Source of the DNA: a virus
Direction: 5' to 3' (one strand)
Length of the DNA: 64,000 nt
IMG/VR virus record: IMGVR_UViG_3300025137_000017
Location: 71,612 to 135,611 of that record
The stretch's first letter is position 1, and the number at the start of each line of letters is the position of its first letter. A program made the translations under genes and the position numbers. Below the pieces are notes generated by a model, which worked only from the letters and a program-made list of their open reading frames with translations, was not told the origin of the DNA and searched no databases. Below, piece after piece: positions 1 to 10,632 of the stretch.

Positions 1-405
1 CCAAAACAGATTGCGTATATGATGGAATGCTAGACTCCATGCTATTCTAGACATTGTGGATTGTTTTTCTACATGCATATCCACAAACTCTACTTCAATT
101 GGTAAATCCATAATATTCTGCTTCCATTCATTAAATAATCTAATAGTGTGTAATGATGAATAATTTGGATTTAGATATTCTTTTCTTGATCTATATACTA
201 ATACATGCTTTATATTTGGGTGATCTCTATGTAGCTCTTGAATAAATCCAGATGACAGTACCTGTAGGTTTAAGAATGACGCTTCAAAGCATACACTATC
301 AGCTAGTCTAAGTCGCGAGTTCACAACCCTTACAGTTTCTAGAGCACTACCTTTTTTATTATTTAAGAGTTCATGAATACATTCATGACCGTCATACCTT
401 ATCAT
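1..405 (-). CDS. hypothetical protein, partial (runs off window start)
   Basis: Own translation: ATG at 405 just after the stop of the 407..1765 gene, open for 135 codons (MIRYDGHECIHELL...) to the window edge. Confidence 0.6.
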   Translation of the reverse strand, partial: MIRYDGHECIHELLNNKKGSALETVRVVNSRLRLADSVCFEASFLNLQVLSSGFIQELHRDHPNIKHVLVYRSRKEYLNPNYSSLHTIRLFNEWKQNIMDLPIEVEFVDMHVEKQSTMSRIAWSLAFHHIRNLFW

Positions 406-406
406 C

Positions 407-1765
407 TTAGATATAAATCCGCCAGAATCCTGCTTTATACATACCTTCATGGCTATTAAACCAATCAGTACCATTCCATTCCAATTGATCAGTGGATGAA
501 ATATTTGTTACATATTTTTGATCACTTACATTACTACTATCAAAACTTACAACCCATGCAGTACCGTTATATTCAATAATATCATCTATACCTGCAACTG
601 CATTAGTCCAGTTTGTTGATAAAGGTAAGTCCTGAGTCAGTAAGTATCTTTGCCCTATTGCGGCCGCCGATACAGTACCATCACCTGGATAGTTTGACTG
701 TGGGTCAATAACTGCATCGATTGCCGATAAGCTATTTGATGGCAATGTGCCAGCATCCACAGTAACAACTAAAGCATTTTTGTTAACTGAATCAAACTCA
801 AGTCTTCCGATAATATCATTATCGCTATCGCTTGGATCACTTGACTTGCGTAGTCTAAGTTGACTGATACCTTCTCTTAAAGTACCAAACGGTTTAAGTT
901 CTGTTGCCCACTCTAATATGTTACCACTAGCATCTAAATTTGTCCCATCCTTATTATACAAGTAAGCCTTGCCATCTTCATATTTTAGCTTTCTATCTTC
1001 AAGAGTAATTACTGTATATTGTAATGTAGTTTTATCAAAACTTTCATTTGCCTGAAACTTATCTAAATTTTCATCATCTAAACTATATAGTTCGTTAATA
1101 ATATTATATATAAGTTTTTGTTGTTTAACCTTAGCTGGTGGATTAATGAATACGGGCATGTTAAATGTTAAGGTAGCAACATCAACGATATCATCTACAC
1201 TTGAACCTACACTACGGCTACTCCATATACTGTTTGTCATCTCAACATAACTTAATGCTGACCAATCAAAGGGATTGTTACTTGTTCTAATATTAAGTGT
1301 GGGATTAAACAGTACCATAATCTGTTCCAACAACTGTAATTTTTGATCTGTGTTTGAAGTCCATATGTCACAGTTCATAACTAAGTTATAAGGAACCGGT
1401 GCATGTCTTTCAATAGTATATCTATTACCCACTTCGTTTTTATACTTGCCAGTGGTATCATCCATTTTCTTCTCATATACTTGTACTTTTTCTTCATACT
1501 CTTGGTAAGTTCTGCGATCAGCGGCTAGGTTAAGTTCAGTAACATAACAACTAATAAACGGAACAGTATTAACAATATTCTCTGAGTTCTCACGAGTAAT
1601 ATGTGCGGCCATACGATTTACGTCACCATAACGAACAGGTGTTTTTTGGTATATAGGTAGCCTATCATCATTAAGGCCCATCTGTACATTAAAGCCACTA
1701 AACAATCTTATAAATTGTTGAATGTATCTTCTTATTTGTTTATCATAAAAATATTGTTGTGGCAT
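407..1765 (-). CDS. tail terminator / sheath stabilizer, T4 gp15-like, with C-terminal extension
   Basis: N-terminal YFYDxQIRRYIxQFxRLF, PVPYNL and QLLEQIMVLFNP motifs typical of the gp15 family; neck-gene context. Confidence 0.75.
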   Translation of the reverse strand: MPQQYFYDKQIRRYIQQFIRLFSGFNVQMGLNDDRLPIYQKTPVRYGDVNRMAAHITRENSENIVNTVPFISCYVTELNLAADRRTYQEYEEKVQVYEKKMDDTTGKYKNEVGNRYTIERHAPVPYNLVMNCDIWTSNTDQKLQLLEQIMVLFNPTLNIRTSNNPFDWSALSYVEMTNSIWSSRSVGSSVDDIVDVATLTFNMPVFINPPAKVKQQKLIYNIINELYSLDDENLDKFQANESFDKTTLQYTVITLEDRKLKYEDGKAYLYNKDGTNLDASGNILEWATELKPFGTLREGISQLRLRKSSDPSDSDNDIIGRLEFDSVNKNALVVTVDAGTLPSNSLSAIDAVIDPQSNYPGDGTVSAAAIGQRYLLTQDLPLSTNWTNAVAGIDDIIEYNGTAWVVSFDSSNVSDQKYVTNISSTDQLEWNGTDWFNSHEGMYKAGFWRIYI

Positions 1766-2832
1766 TATTCAAAATCACTCTTCGGTTTAATAACGTTACT
1801 AAGTGGTTGTCTTTCATTAAATTCTTCATTATCAATAATTGTTGTTGCGTCATTGTTAATGTATGAACTTGCATTGTAAGTTTTATCACTCCATGTGACA
1901 TCAGTCACATTATCATATAATCTATTCCATCTGCTACCACGAAAAACAAATAGTCTGTTTGGTTTAAAGTCGTTACGGACAAAGTAATCGCCATCATTTG
2001 GTTCTGTTGGAAACTGGTCACCTGTTGATAATACTTCTCCATGTTCATATACTTCCGAAGTGTCAGGTTGTCCGAACAAGTGTTCAGTTAATGGTAAGCC
2101 TAATGGATCAGCCTCTTCGGCACTTTTTACAATAGCATTACTAATATTAAGTTCTGTTTTGTAAGCACTAAGATCGTTCTTGAGACTTCCTGGATCATTT
2201 GCAGTACCAAGTATATCTGAGTATTCTTGTGTATCTGTAAGTGGTGCAACTTTAACACGCCAAATATGACTATACCACGTTTGACTAAAACCTTCACTTC
2301 CACGGTTAGCATCTTGTACTACATAAAATTTGTTGACAGCATCTCTGTCATGATCCAATAATAGATCATCTCTTAGGTGAGGCAACTCTAGAACATCGCC
2401 AGGCATAAGTTTACGACCTAGTTTCTCAACCATATCATTTGTATGGAATGTAATAAACAAAGTGTCATTAGTTAAAAACAATCCAAACTGACTTAGATCA
2501 AAGTCATTATCACTTACATTATATACGCCTCGTAATTCAAATATATCTGGATCATACTTACGATCTCTGTTTTCCATGAATAACAAGTCTTGTATCTTTG
2601 TTTCGTTAATGAAGCCTTCTGGATTTGTTTCATCACCAGTAATTAGATCCTTTTCTAAACCACTACCATAGTTAGGTTCACTAGGATCTTGTTGAGATAA
2701 TTGTTGTTTAGGTCCCAAGTACTTGTGTACATGTACACCAGTTCCACCAATGTCAAACTGTTCACGGACATTCCAGTCCATAAATTTGTAATCGTTACCC
2801 TTATAATTTCTGTATAAACTTAGTCGTGGCAT
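1765..2832 (-). CDS. neck / head-closure protein, T4 gp14-like
   Basis: DLLFMENRDR, LSQFGLFL, PGDVLELP motifs; start moved to MPRLSLYR (2832), which has an AGGA SD and a TAAATA late promoter upstream. Confidence 0.65.
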   Translation of the reverse strand: MPRLSLYRNYKGNDYKFMDWNVREQFDIGGTGVHVHKYLGPKQQLSQQDPSEPNYGSGLEKDLITGDETNPEGFINETKIQDLLFMENRDRKYDPDIFELRGVYNVSDNDFDLSQFGLFLTNDTLFITFHTNDMVEKLGRKLMPGDVLELPHLRDDLLLDHDRDAVNKFYVVQDANRGSEGFSQTWYSHIWRVKVAPLTDTQEYSDILGTANDPGSLKNDLSAYKTELNISNAIVKSAEEADPLGLPLTEHLFGQPDTSEVYEHGEVLSTGDQFPTEPNDGDYFVRNDFKPNRLFVFRGSRWNRLYDNVTDVTWSDKTYNASSYINNDATTIIDNEEFNERQPLSNVIKPKSDFE

Positions 2833-2851
2833 ATCAGTTCCTCTTATAATG

Positions 2852-2901
2852 TATTTATGCAGAAAATAATAGGTTGACAATGTCGTAAAAGATGCTATAC
2901 T
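2852..2901. promoter_or_regulatory. divergent promoters: late TAAATA on - strand (2852-2857) and sigma70-type TTGACA(2874)-TGcTATACT(2896) on + strand
   Basis: Motifs seen directly between divergent genes. Confidence 0.7.
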
Positions 2902-2932
2902 GAATAAGTATTAATTATTAGGAGTTATCTAA

Positions 2933-4210
2933 ATGGCTAAAATTTCAGTACCCAAGAAGTCTCGTAAAACAAAGAACCGTGCTGCCGTTAGGCGTAAGAC
3001 TGGTGTCATTACCATTAATTGGGATGGTGCAATGGAAATGTCAGGGCAAGAGTTCGGTAAAAAGCGAAGAAATGCAACTGATGAACTGTATCAAACAGTT
3101 AAGCATGTCGAGATAATTCCTTTCCTTCACACATGGATGAAGAAAGAAGAATATAGTAAAGACGACATTAAGGCAGTTAAGGCGGCTCCACATGTGCCAA
3201 TTAATGCGGCCATTAATGCTAAGTTACTATTAGATGGTATGCCAGACTTACATCAAGGACATGTAGACTATTGGACTGCATTACCAGGCACTGGTGATGA
3301 ACTAGCACCAGCAAGTGATTATATAAAAAGAACTATTGTTATTGCAATTAAAGAAGGTACTCCTTTAGTAGAAGCAAAGGCTGAAGCTGATGCATTACAG
3401 AAAGAAAAGAATACAAAGTACTATAAACCTTCAATACAAGAAGTTATGAAAGAAGCAAGTGTTCGTATGACGGAAGAGATAGAGGAGTTTGTAGAACAAT
3501 TTATTATTGACTGTGATCCTGCAACTGTTAAGAATTTTGAACCACATAAAGTATTAGTAAAAGTAGGAGCAAAGGCAAATCATGCTCGTATTATTAGAAC
3601 ACTTTATGAGGGAGAGTTTAGTGAGTTTACAGAACTTATGAACTTACCTAATGCTACACAACGTAAGAAGTTAAGTGAGCATGACTTAGATATGATTGAA
3701 CAACTAGAAGAAGGATATGCTCATTTTAGTACTGCCCAAAAGAAAGCGGCACTAGAAATGTACAAGAAGATTCTTGATGCTTGTGATATGATTATTACTA
3801 CACAGAAAGCAACTAAGAAACCTCGTAAAGTAAAAGAGAAGTCAGCTGACCAATTGGTTGCTAAGATGAAGTATAAGAAGGTTGATAGTAATTATGGCAT
3901 TGCTAGTGTAAGTCCTAGTGGTTTAATTGGTGCCGTATGTGCCGTAGTGTTTAATACTAAGAATCGTAAGTTAGGCGTATATGTTAGTGTAGATGAGGAT
4001 GGATTTAAAGCAAGAGGTACAACTCTACTAAGGTATAATGAAGATACAAGTCTACAAAAGACACTTCGTAAACCACAAGAGCAACTAAACATCTTTAAGA
4101 AAACGACAAAAGCTAGAACTATTAAAGAGTTTGAGTCTACTAAGACAACAGAAACAAAGCTCAATGGTAGGTTTAATGATGAAACTGTTATTCTGGCTGT
4201 ATTTAAATAA
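2933..4210 (+). CDS. conserved hypothetical phage protein
   Basis: 425-aa ORF, AGGAG SD, sigma70 promoter; C-terminal FNTKNRKLGVY...KTLRKP...NGRFN resembles a T4-like conserved family. Confidence 0.7.
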   Translation: MAKISVPKKSRKTKNRAAVRRKTGVITINWDGAMEMSGQEFGKKRRNATDELYQTVKHVEIIPFLHTWMKKEEYSKDDIKAVKAAPHVPINAAINAKLLLDGMPDLHQGHVDYWTALPGTGDELAPASDYIKRTIVIAIKEGTPLVEAKAEADALQKEKNTKYYKPSIQEVMKEASVRMTEEIEEFVEQFIIDCDPATVKNFEPHKVLVKVGAKANHARIIRTLYEGEFSEFTELMNLPNATQRKKLSEHDLDMIEQLEEGYAHFSTAQKKAALEMYKKILDACDMIITTQKATKKPRKVKEKSADQLVAKMKYKKVDSNYGIASVSPSGLIGAVCAVVFNTKNRKLGVYVSVDEDGFKARGTTLLRYNEDTSLQKTLRKPQEQLNIFKKTTKARTIKEFESTKTTETKLNGRFNDETVILAVFK

Positions 4211-4230
4211 ATACAGTTAAGGAGAATAAC

Positions 4231-4968
4231 ATGAGTGCAAAATCAGATGTAATTAAAGAAATGGAACTACGCCTAGGTGGTGGCATGGTTGATGTAGAGT
4301 TGGACCCAGAGCATTATGAACTGGCAGTTAATAAAAGTCTACAAAAATACCGACAACGGGCAGAGAATTCTGTAGAGGAAAGTTATATATTTCTGGACTT
4401 ACAAGAAGATCAAAATGAATATACTCTTCCAGTAGAAATTGTTGAAGTTAGAGATATCTATCGTAGAACAACAGGTGTAAGTAGTGGAACAGGTAATGAT
4501 ATAGAACCTTTCCAGGCCGCATTTATGAATACATATCTTTTAAATTCACAAGGTAGTGGTGGTCTTGCAATGTTTGATTTTATGCATCAGTATCGAGAAT
4601 CAATGGGAAGACTATTTGGTGCTGAAATGATGTTTACATGGCGTCCTCAGGATCATAAACTTCTAGTACACCGCAAAATAAAATCTGCAGATACATGCAT
4701 TTTGCATTGTTATAATCATCGTCCAGATCAAAACATTCTTGTTGATACATATGCAGGACCCTGGGTTAAGGATTATGCATTTGCTCACGTTAGACTAATG
4801 TTAGCAGAAGCACGTGGTAAATTTACACAGATTGCAGGTCCACAAGGTGGAACTACAATGAATGCAGATCAACTTCGTACAGACGCAATGACTGAAATCG
4901 ATAAACTTGAGCAAGAGCTAACACTATATAGTGAGGGCTCAACAGGTTTAAGTTTTGTGATTGGTTAA
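4231..4968 (+). CDS. neck / head-tail adaptor protein, T4 gp13-like
   Basis: LRLGGGMVDVELD, WVKDYA, GKF...GPQGGTTMN motifs; TAAATA at 4204/4208. Confidence 0.75.
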   Translation: MSAKSDVIKEMELRLGGGMVDVELDPEHYELAVNKSLQKYRQRAENSVEESYIFLDLQEDQNEYTLPVEIVEVRDIYRRTTGVSSGTGNDIEPFQAAFMNTYLLNSQGSGGLAMFDFMHQYRESMGRLFGAEMMFTWRPQDHKLLVHRKIKSADTCILHCYNHRPDQNILVDTYAGPWVKDYAFAHVRLMLAEARGKFTQIAGPQGGTTMNADQLRTDAMTEIDKLEQELTLYSEGSTGLSFVIG

Positions 4969-4977
4969 ACATATACA

Positions 4978-5006
4978 TTGACAACTCAAAAATTAAAGCA
5001 TATAAT
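4978..5006 (+). promoter_or_regulatory. sigma70-type promoter TTGACA-N17-TATAAT, leaderless start at ATG 5013
   Basis: Perfect consensus; ATG 6 nt after the -10 box, no SD. Confidence 0.8.
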
Positions 5007-5012
5007 AATATT

Positions 5013-5642
5013 ATGAAAAAGGTAATTGGTATATGTGGCTTAATAGGCCACGGTAAAGATACTGCGGCAGGCTTTCTAATCTCAGAAGGCTTTCAACGTA
5101 TCAGTTTCGCAGGTGTATTGAAAGATGCATGTGCTAACATATTCGGTTGGGATCGTATCCTACTGGAAGGTAACACACCTGAAAGCAGAGTGTTTAGAGA
5201 AACAGTAGATACTTGGTGGGCTAAACGTTTGGATATGCCAGACTTTACTCCAAGACTAGCATTACAAGTAGTTGGTACTGATGCTTTAAGAACACATTTT
5301 CATCCAGACATCTGGGTTGCGGCCTGTGAACGCCAAATTGAAATGACAGACAATAACGTTGTTATTAGTGACTGTAGATTCTTTAATGAATTAGATGTTA
5401 TTAGACGCTTGGGAGGATCAACTGCCGTTGTATGGAGAAATGAACGACCAATGTGGTGGGCTACTGCTACTAGTATCAATACATGTGGACATAAAATTCC
5501 AGAGCATAACAGTATGTCAGTAGTATTTCCAGAAATACACAAAAGTGAATGGAGTTGGGCAGGGTGGAAATTTGATTATGTGATAAATAACACCACTTCT
5601 CTTGAAGATTTAAAAACTCAAGTCCTAAATAGCCTCAATTAA
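5013..5642 (+). CDS. deoxynucleoside monophosphate kinase, T4 gp1-like
   Basis: P-loop GLIGHGKDT, SFAGVLK, TPRLALQVVGT, VISDCRFFNE. Confidence 0.85.
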   Translation: MKKVIGICGLIGHGKDTAAGFLISEGFQRISFAGVLKDACANIFGWDRILLEGNTPESRVFRETVDTWWAKRLDMPDFTPRLALQVVGTDALRTHFHPDIWVAACERQIEMTDNNVVISDCRFFNELDVIRRLGGSTAVVWRNERPMWWATATSINTCGHKIPEHNSMSVVFPEIHKSEWSWAGWKFDYVINNTTSLEDLKTQVLNSLN

Positions 5643-5744
5643 ATACATATATAACTCTATAATAAGCACTATTTTGGCTTATCCTATAAATACGAGTAGA
5701 ACAAAAATGTTTCTACAAACGTTATTTTTAAAGGAGAATTCCAA

Positions 5745-8201
5745 ATGGCAAATCTTGTTTCACCTGGCGTACAGGTTTCAGTAACAGACGAGTCAGTATA
5801 CGGTCCTGCAGGCGCTGGCACAGTCCCAATGTTGTTTATTGCAACAGGGCAAAATAAAACAGATCCTACGGGCACAGAGACTGACGGTATTGCAAAATAT
5901 ACCAAAGCCGTTAATTGTGGTAAACCTATCCTAGTAACATCACAGAGAGAACTAACACAGTACTTCGGTAATATTGATTTCCGTACAGTAAGTGGTACAG
6001 TTCAACAAGGTGATGAAACTAATGATTATGGTCTACTAGCGGCATATAGTTTCTTGGGCCAAAGTGCGGCAGCTTACATTGTGAACGCAGACGTAAACGT
6101 CACACAACTTCGTCCAAGTTCAGCTGAACCAGTTGGTCCAGCGGCTAATCTAACTTATTGGGTAAACCCAACACTATCAAAATATGGCATATATGAATAT
6201 AGTGCCGCAAGTATTTGGGTAGCACAAACACCAACAGTTGAAATTGTAACAACTGCCGGAACTGCATCAGCAGCTGTTGTTAACGATACTTACTTAGTAG
6301 AAGTTGTTAACGGTGCTTCTAATACACAAATTATATACTACAAAGGCACAGGCGGCAATTGGGTAGCAGTAACAACAGCCACCAATGCCACATATGCTCC
6401 ACACTATTCAGTTCCAACTTCACCAAGTACAGGTGATATATGGGTTAAGACAACAACTCCAGGCGCAGGCTTAGATGTTGATATTTCACTTTACTTAACT
6501 TCAACTGCAACATTTGTAGCAAAAACACCAGTTTATGCTAATGATCATGCAACTGATCCAACAGGCGTTGTAGGAGACATTCAACAAGATGGTACTGCAG
6601 GCGTAGCCAATAGTAACTTGTCTGACGGAGAGATTTGGCTATCAATTAACGATGGTACTGGCGTAGTTGAAATTAAACGTTGGGACGATACAGCGGCTCA
6701 AGAATGGGATGATATCTCAACTTCTTCAGCAACTGCAACTGGCGGATACATTATGAGTGTATCAACAACACAACCTTCAGGTTCACCAGTAAACGGTACA
6801 CTATGGTTTGACCCAGACGTAAACGACTTAGACATTTATGAAGCTGCTCTAGACAGTGGTGTACAAAAATGGCTTAAAGTAAGTGACATCCAGTATATTA
6901 GTACTGCTCCATTAACAAATAAAAGTGGCGGAGCTCTAGGAGACGGTGACTATTGGATTGATACTGATGCATCTGGTTATCCTGTAATTTACAGACATAA
7001 CGGAACATCATGGATTGTTAAAGATAAAACAGACCAAAGCACAAGTGCAGGTGTTGTATTCGGTGATATTACTGATTTAGCAAGTGCAGGCGGCGCCTTT
7101 ATTGCGGCTGCAGGCGTATTAGCAGGCGGACCTAATCCACTGGTATATCCAGTAGGTATGTCAGCAATTAACATGTGTCGTTCAGCAGCTACTGTTAAAA
7201 AATACAACAGTTCACTATCAACTACATGGAAATGGCGTAACTTTGCAGGCAACCAAGCAGATGGTTCAGGATCATTTGGTAGACTTGCACAACGTAGAGT
7301 TATTACTAATGCACTTCAGTCGGCGGCTGGTGCAACAGAACTTCGTGAAGAAGCAGTACAATTCCGTTTAATCGCTGCTCCGGCATATCCGGAACTATTT
7401 GATGAAATGGTTACACTAAACAGTGATCGTAATGAAACAGCATTTATTATTGTTGATACACCATTCCGTATAAATGCCACAGAAGCAGTTACATGGATTG
7501 ACGGTACTGCCGCAACAGAGAACGGCGAATCAGGACTAGTAGGAAAGAATACTTATTCAGCAGCTTATTACCCAAGTGTACTAACAACTGATCCAGTAAG
7601 TGGCAAGAGCGTTGTTGCTCCTGCATCACATTCAGTACTATACACATATGCATATAACGACAACGTTAGTTTCCAGTGGTTTGCTCCAGCAGGACTAACA
7701 CGCGGTATTGTACAAAATGCAACAAACGTTGGTTTCCTAAATAGTGAGAACGAGTTTACTCCACTATCACTAACACAAGGTTCACGTGATGCAATGTATG
7801 TTAAGAAACTTAACCCAATTGCAAGATTTCCTGCAGAAGGAATGGTTGTATTTGGACAGAAGTCATTACATTCAGGTGCAAGTGCATTAGATAGAGTTAA
7901 CGTAGCACGTTTAACAGCATATCTAAGAGAACGATTTGCAGTTATTGGCAGACCTTACTTGTTTGAGCCAAATGATGCAAACACACGTTCTAATGCTAAA
8001 GGTACGTTTGAAGGATTTATGTCAAACATACTAGCACAAAGAGGTGTATTTGACTATGCAGTAGTTTGTGATACAACAAACAACACTCCTGCGAGAATCG
8101 ATGCTAATGAATTATATATTGATGTAGCGATTGAGCCAACTAAAGCGGCTGAATTTATATACATTCCAATTCGTATCGTTAACACAGGCGAACTTAGTTA
8201 A
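5745..8201 (+). CDS. contractile tail sheath protein (gp18-like)
   Basis: LVSPGVQVSVTDES start, WFAPAGLTRG, FGQK..SALDRVNVARL, CDTTNNTP..ID, EPTKAAEFIYI; TATAAATA at 5685. Confidence 0.95.
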   Translation: MANLVSPGVQVSVTDESVYGPAGAGTVPMLFIATGQNKTDPTGTETDGIAKYTKAVNCGKPILVTSQRELTQYFGNIDFRTVSGTVQQGDETNDYGLLAAYSFLGQSAAAYIVNADVNVTQLRPSSAEPVGPAANLTYWVNPTLSKYGIYEYSAASIWVAQTPTVEIVTTAGTASAAVVNDTYLVEVVNGASNTQIIYYKGTGGNWVAVTTATNATYAPHYSVPTSPSTGDIWVKTTTPGAGLDVDISLYLTSTATFVAKTPVYANDHATDPTGVVGDIQQDGTAGVANSNLSDGEIWLSINDGTGVVEIKRWDDTAAQEWDDISTSSATATGGYIMSVSTTQPSGSPVNGTLWFDPDVNDLDIYEAALDSGVQKWLKVSDIQYISTAPLTNKSGGALGDGDYWIDTDASGYPVIYRHNGTSWIVKDKTDQSTSAGVVFGDITDLASAGGAFIAAAGVLAGGPNPLVYPVGMSAINMCRSAATVKKYNSSLSTTWKWRNFAGNQADGSGSFGRLAQRRVITNALQSAAGATELREEAVQFRLIAAPAYPELFDEMVTLNSDRNETAFIIVDTPFRINATEAVTWIDGTAATENGESGLVGKNTYSAAYYPSVLTTDPVSGKSVVAPASHSVLYTYAYNDNVSFQWFAPAGLTRGIVQNATNVGFLNSENEFTPLSLTQGSRDAMYVKKLNPIARFPAEGMVVFGQKSLHSGASALDRVNVARLTAYLRERFAVIGRPYLFEPNDANTRSNAKGTFEGFMSNILAQRGVFDYAVVCDTTNNTPARIDANELYIDVAIEPTKAAEFIYIPIRIVNTGELS

Positions 8202-8220
8202 TAAACATATACTTAACTAC

Positions 8221-8256
8221 AAGAACGGTGTCCAGAAATAGGCGCCGTTCTTTTTT
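8221..8256 (+). terminator. intrinsic terminator after sheath gene
   Basis: aagaacggtgtc/ggcgccgttctt hairpin followed by T-run. Confidence 0.8.
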
Positions 8257-8310
8257 GACTGTTTTGCATAAATAATACTATAGACAAACACTTTTAAAAG
8301 GAGATTTAAG

Positions 8311-8928
8311 ATGGCTGTAATTGCAAATTTTGGTGTACCGGTATCCGGAGGTGGTGATGCCACTCTAATGCCGAAACTACAATATCGTTTCCGTGTCAAG
8401 TTTACAAACTTGGGAAACAGTAACAACGGAGCTCTAGTAACTAAGAATGTTATTAGTGTAACCCGTCCAGCACTAGACCATGAAGATGTTACAATTGATG
8501 TATACAACTCAAAGATTCGTTTAGCTGGAAAACATACATGGCAGGACATTACACTCGTTATTCGTGACGATGTAAACAGTGATGTTATTACACAATTAGG
8601 AAATCAAATTTCCGCACAAGTTAACCATGCTGGTCAGAGTTCACAAAAAAGTGGCTCAGCTTATAAGTTTGGAATGACAATTGAAACACTAGACGGAGCC
8701 CACGATGAAGGCGATGCTGGTGTATTAGATAGTTGGGATATTGCAGGTGCATTTATTCCTAGTATCCAATATGGAGATCTAAACTACAGTTCAAGTGAGT
8801 TTGTTCAGTGTACTATAACTATTCGTTATGATAACGCAGCTCATAACATTGGTACAGCAGACGTACTAAGTGGTAGCACAATTACAGCTGGAGCCGGAGA
8901 TAGTTCAGCAGTAACAACTACAACATAA
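8311..8928 (+). CDS. tail tube protein (gp19-like)
   Basis: PKLQYRFRV, LAGKHTWQDITL, GDLNYSS...ITIRYD; follows sheath; TAAATA at 8269. Confidence 0.85.
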   Translation: MAVIANFGVPVSGGGDATLMPKLQYRFRVKFTNLGNSNNGALVTKNVISVTRPALDHEDVTIDVYNSKIRLAGKHTWQDITLVIRDDVNSDVITQLGNQISAQVNHAGQSSQKSGSAYKFGMTIETLDGAHDEGDAGVLDSWDIAGAFIPSIQYGDLNYSSSEFVQCTITIRYDNAAHNIGTADVLSGSTITAGAGDSSAVTTTT

Positions 8929-8939
8929 GAAGATAGAGA

Positions 8940-9614
8940 ATGGGATACAGTAAATATCTAGGTGATGCCGCATCAGTATTATACAATACTGAAGGCAACC
9001 AAATACAGTCATTTATACCCAGAACTAGATTTAATTTCTGTGTCATTTTAACTCTTGTTGGTACTGATGGTGCTGACAAGAGTCTTTCTTTAAAGAAAAT
9101 TTCAGGCGTAACAATGCCTAGTTATTCAACTAGGACACAAACACTAAATCAATATAATAAGAAACGTGTAGTACAAACTGGTGTAGACTATCAACCAGTT
9201 CAACTTACTGCATATGATGATTCCAGTGGCCAATTTGAAGAGTTCCTTAAAAGCTATAGTAGATATTATTTCGGACAAACACTTACAGTAGATGATGCAA
9301 GTTCATTTGATTATGATTTACTTAATGATTCATTTTCTAGTACTAGTGGGTACAGCCAAGCAGGTCTAAAAATAAGAGATACTAAAAACTTTATTAAAAA
9401 TATGAGAATCATTAGAACGTCTAGTCCAGAAGACGTTAATGTTATTACAATATATAATCCTTTTATACAGAGCATTACACCAGATGCACTAAGTTACACA
9501 GAAAGTACACCAGTTAGTTATAGCCTAAGTTTCATGTATGAAGGTTTTGATATAAGATCTGGAACCCAATCCCAAGATTTCTTTAACGAATTTTACCAAC
9601 TAGCTAACGACTAA
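8940..9614 (+). CDS. tail tube-like / baseplate-tube junction protein (gp54/gp48-like)
   Basis: Tube-fold pattern (QYNKKR..TGVDYQPVQLTAYDD ... LSY..SFMYE), adjacent to tube gene. Confidence 0.6.
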   Translation: MGYSKYLGDAASVLYNTEGNQIQSFIPRTRFNFCVILTLVGTDGADKSLSLKKISGVTMPSYSTRTQTLNQYNKKRVVQTGVDYQPVQLTAYDDSSGQFEEFLKSYSRYYFGQTLTVDDASSFDYDLLNDSFSSTSGYSQAGLKIRDTKNFIKNMRIIRTSSPEDVNVITIYNPFIQSITPDALSYTESTPVSYSLSFMYEGFDIRSGTQSQDFFNEFYQLAND

Positions 9615-9622
9615 ATAATGTT

Positions 9623-10075
9623 ATGGTTGCAAAGTTTAATCAAGGAGTTTATACTCTCACTAACCCTAAAAAGTATATAGGTAAAAGTCAGCCTAGATAT
9701 CGTAGTGGTTGGGAATTAGCAGTATTTAGAATGTGTGATGCACACCCAAGTATAGTAGCCTGGGGTAGCGAGACACATAGGATACCCTATAAGAATCCGT
9801 TAACAGGAAAGAATACAAACTATGTTCCTGATCTATTGTTGGTATATAATGATAGAAAAAACGAACGCCATGCAGAGATTGTTGAGATTAAACCAAGTAA
9901 ACAAATATTAGGTGAAGCAAAGACACAGGATCAAATGGCGGCGGCTGTTGTTAATCATGCTAAATGGGAGGCCGCTAGAGCTTGGTGTAAAAGCCAAGGA
10001 TTAGGCTTTAGAGTTATTACTGAAAATGAGATTTTTAATAAACCTCAAACCTCGAAACGAAGGAAGAAGAAATGA
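9623..10075 (+). CDS. head completion nuclease, T4 gp4-like (TnsA-N/PD-(D/E)XK)
   Basis: NPKKYIG, YRSGWE, WGSE..IPY, YVPD, EIKP, NHAKWEAA, FRVITE. Confidence 0.85.
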   Translation: MVAKFNQGVYTLTNPKKYIGKSQPRYRSGWELAVFRMCDAHPSIVAWGSETHRIPYKNPLTGKNTNYVPDLLLVYNDRKNERHAEIVEIKPSKQILGEAKTQDQMAAAVVNHAKWEAARAWCKSQGLGFRVITENEIFNKPQTSKRRKKK

Positions 10076-10614
10076 CAAAAAAATTAGAAGAAGAATTTAA
10101 CTTACCACCTATTGAAGATATTTCATTATTTGGTGAAGAGTCTATACCTATTGAATCTGGTGAACCAACCATTGAAGCTTCAAAGCAAGACATAGCATTA
10201 ACACAAGGTACATTAGAAGTAACCCAACGTATAGATAGTGCTTTACCAATAGTACAGGGTTTAGAACAATTAGATAGAGAAATGGACGAGTATGCTGTAA
10301 AGGCAATGAGTACATTTGAGGACTTGGTTGATCTAGGTAAAAATGTTGAGGATAGACATGCGGCTCCTATATTTGATAGTGCAGCCAAAATGATAACGGC
10401 GGCTTTACAGGCAAAACAGGCTAAAATGGATAAAAAGATGAAGATGATAGAATTACAAATGCGTAAAGCAAAGTTAGATCTTGATACCCGTAAGGTAGAT
10501 GCTAGTCTAGAAGGCAAAGAAGATGCTCCCGAAGAGATTGAGGGCAAGTTTATTGGAGATCGTAGCAGTATGTTAGCCGAGATCATGAATAAATTGAATG
10601 AAAACGATAAATAA
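10072..10614 (+). CDS. probable terminase small subunit
   Basis: Helical protein with coiled-coil centre and FIGDRSSML tail reminiscent of T4-like gp16; upstream of large terminase. Confidence 0.45.
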   Translation: MTKKLEEEFNLPPIEDISLFGEESIPIESGEPTIEASKQDIALTQGTLEVTQRIDSALPIVQGLEQLDREMDEYAVKAMSTFEDLVDLGKNVEDRHAAPIFDSAAKMITAALQAKQAKMDKKMKMIELQMRKAKLDLDTRKVDASLEGKEDAPEEIEGKFIGDRSSMLAEIMNKLNENDK

Positions 10615-10632
10615 TAGTAGCGGAGAAATGTT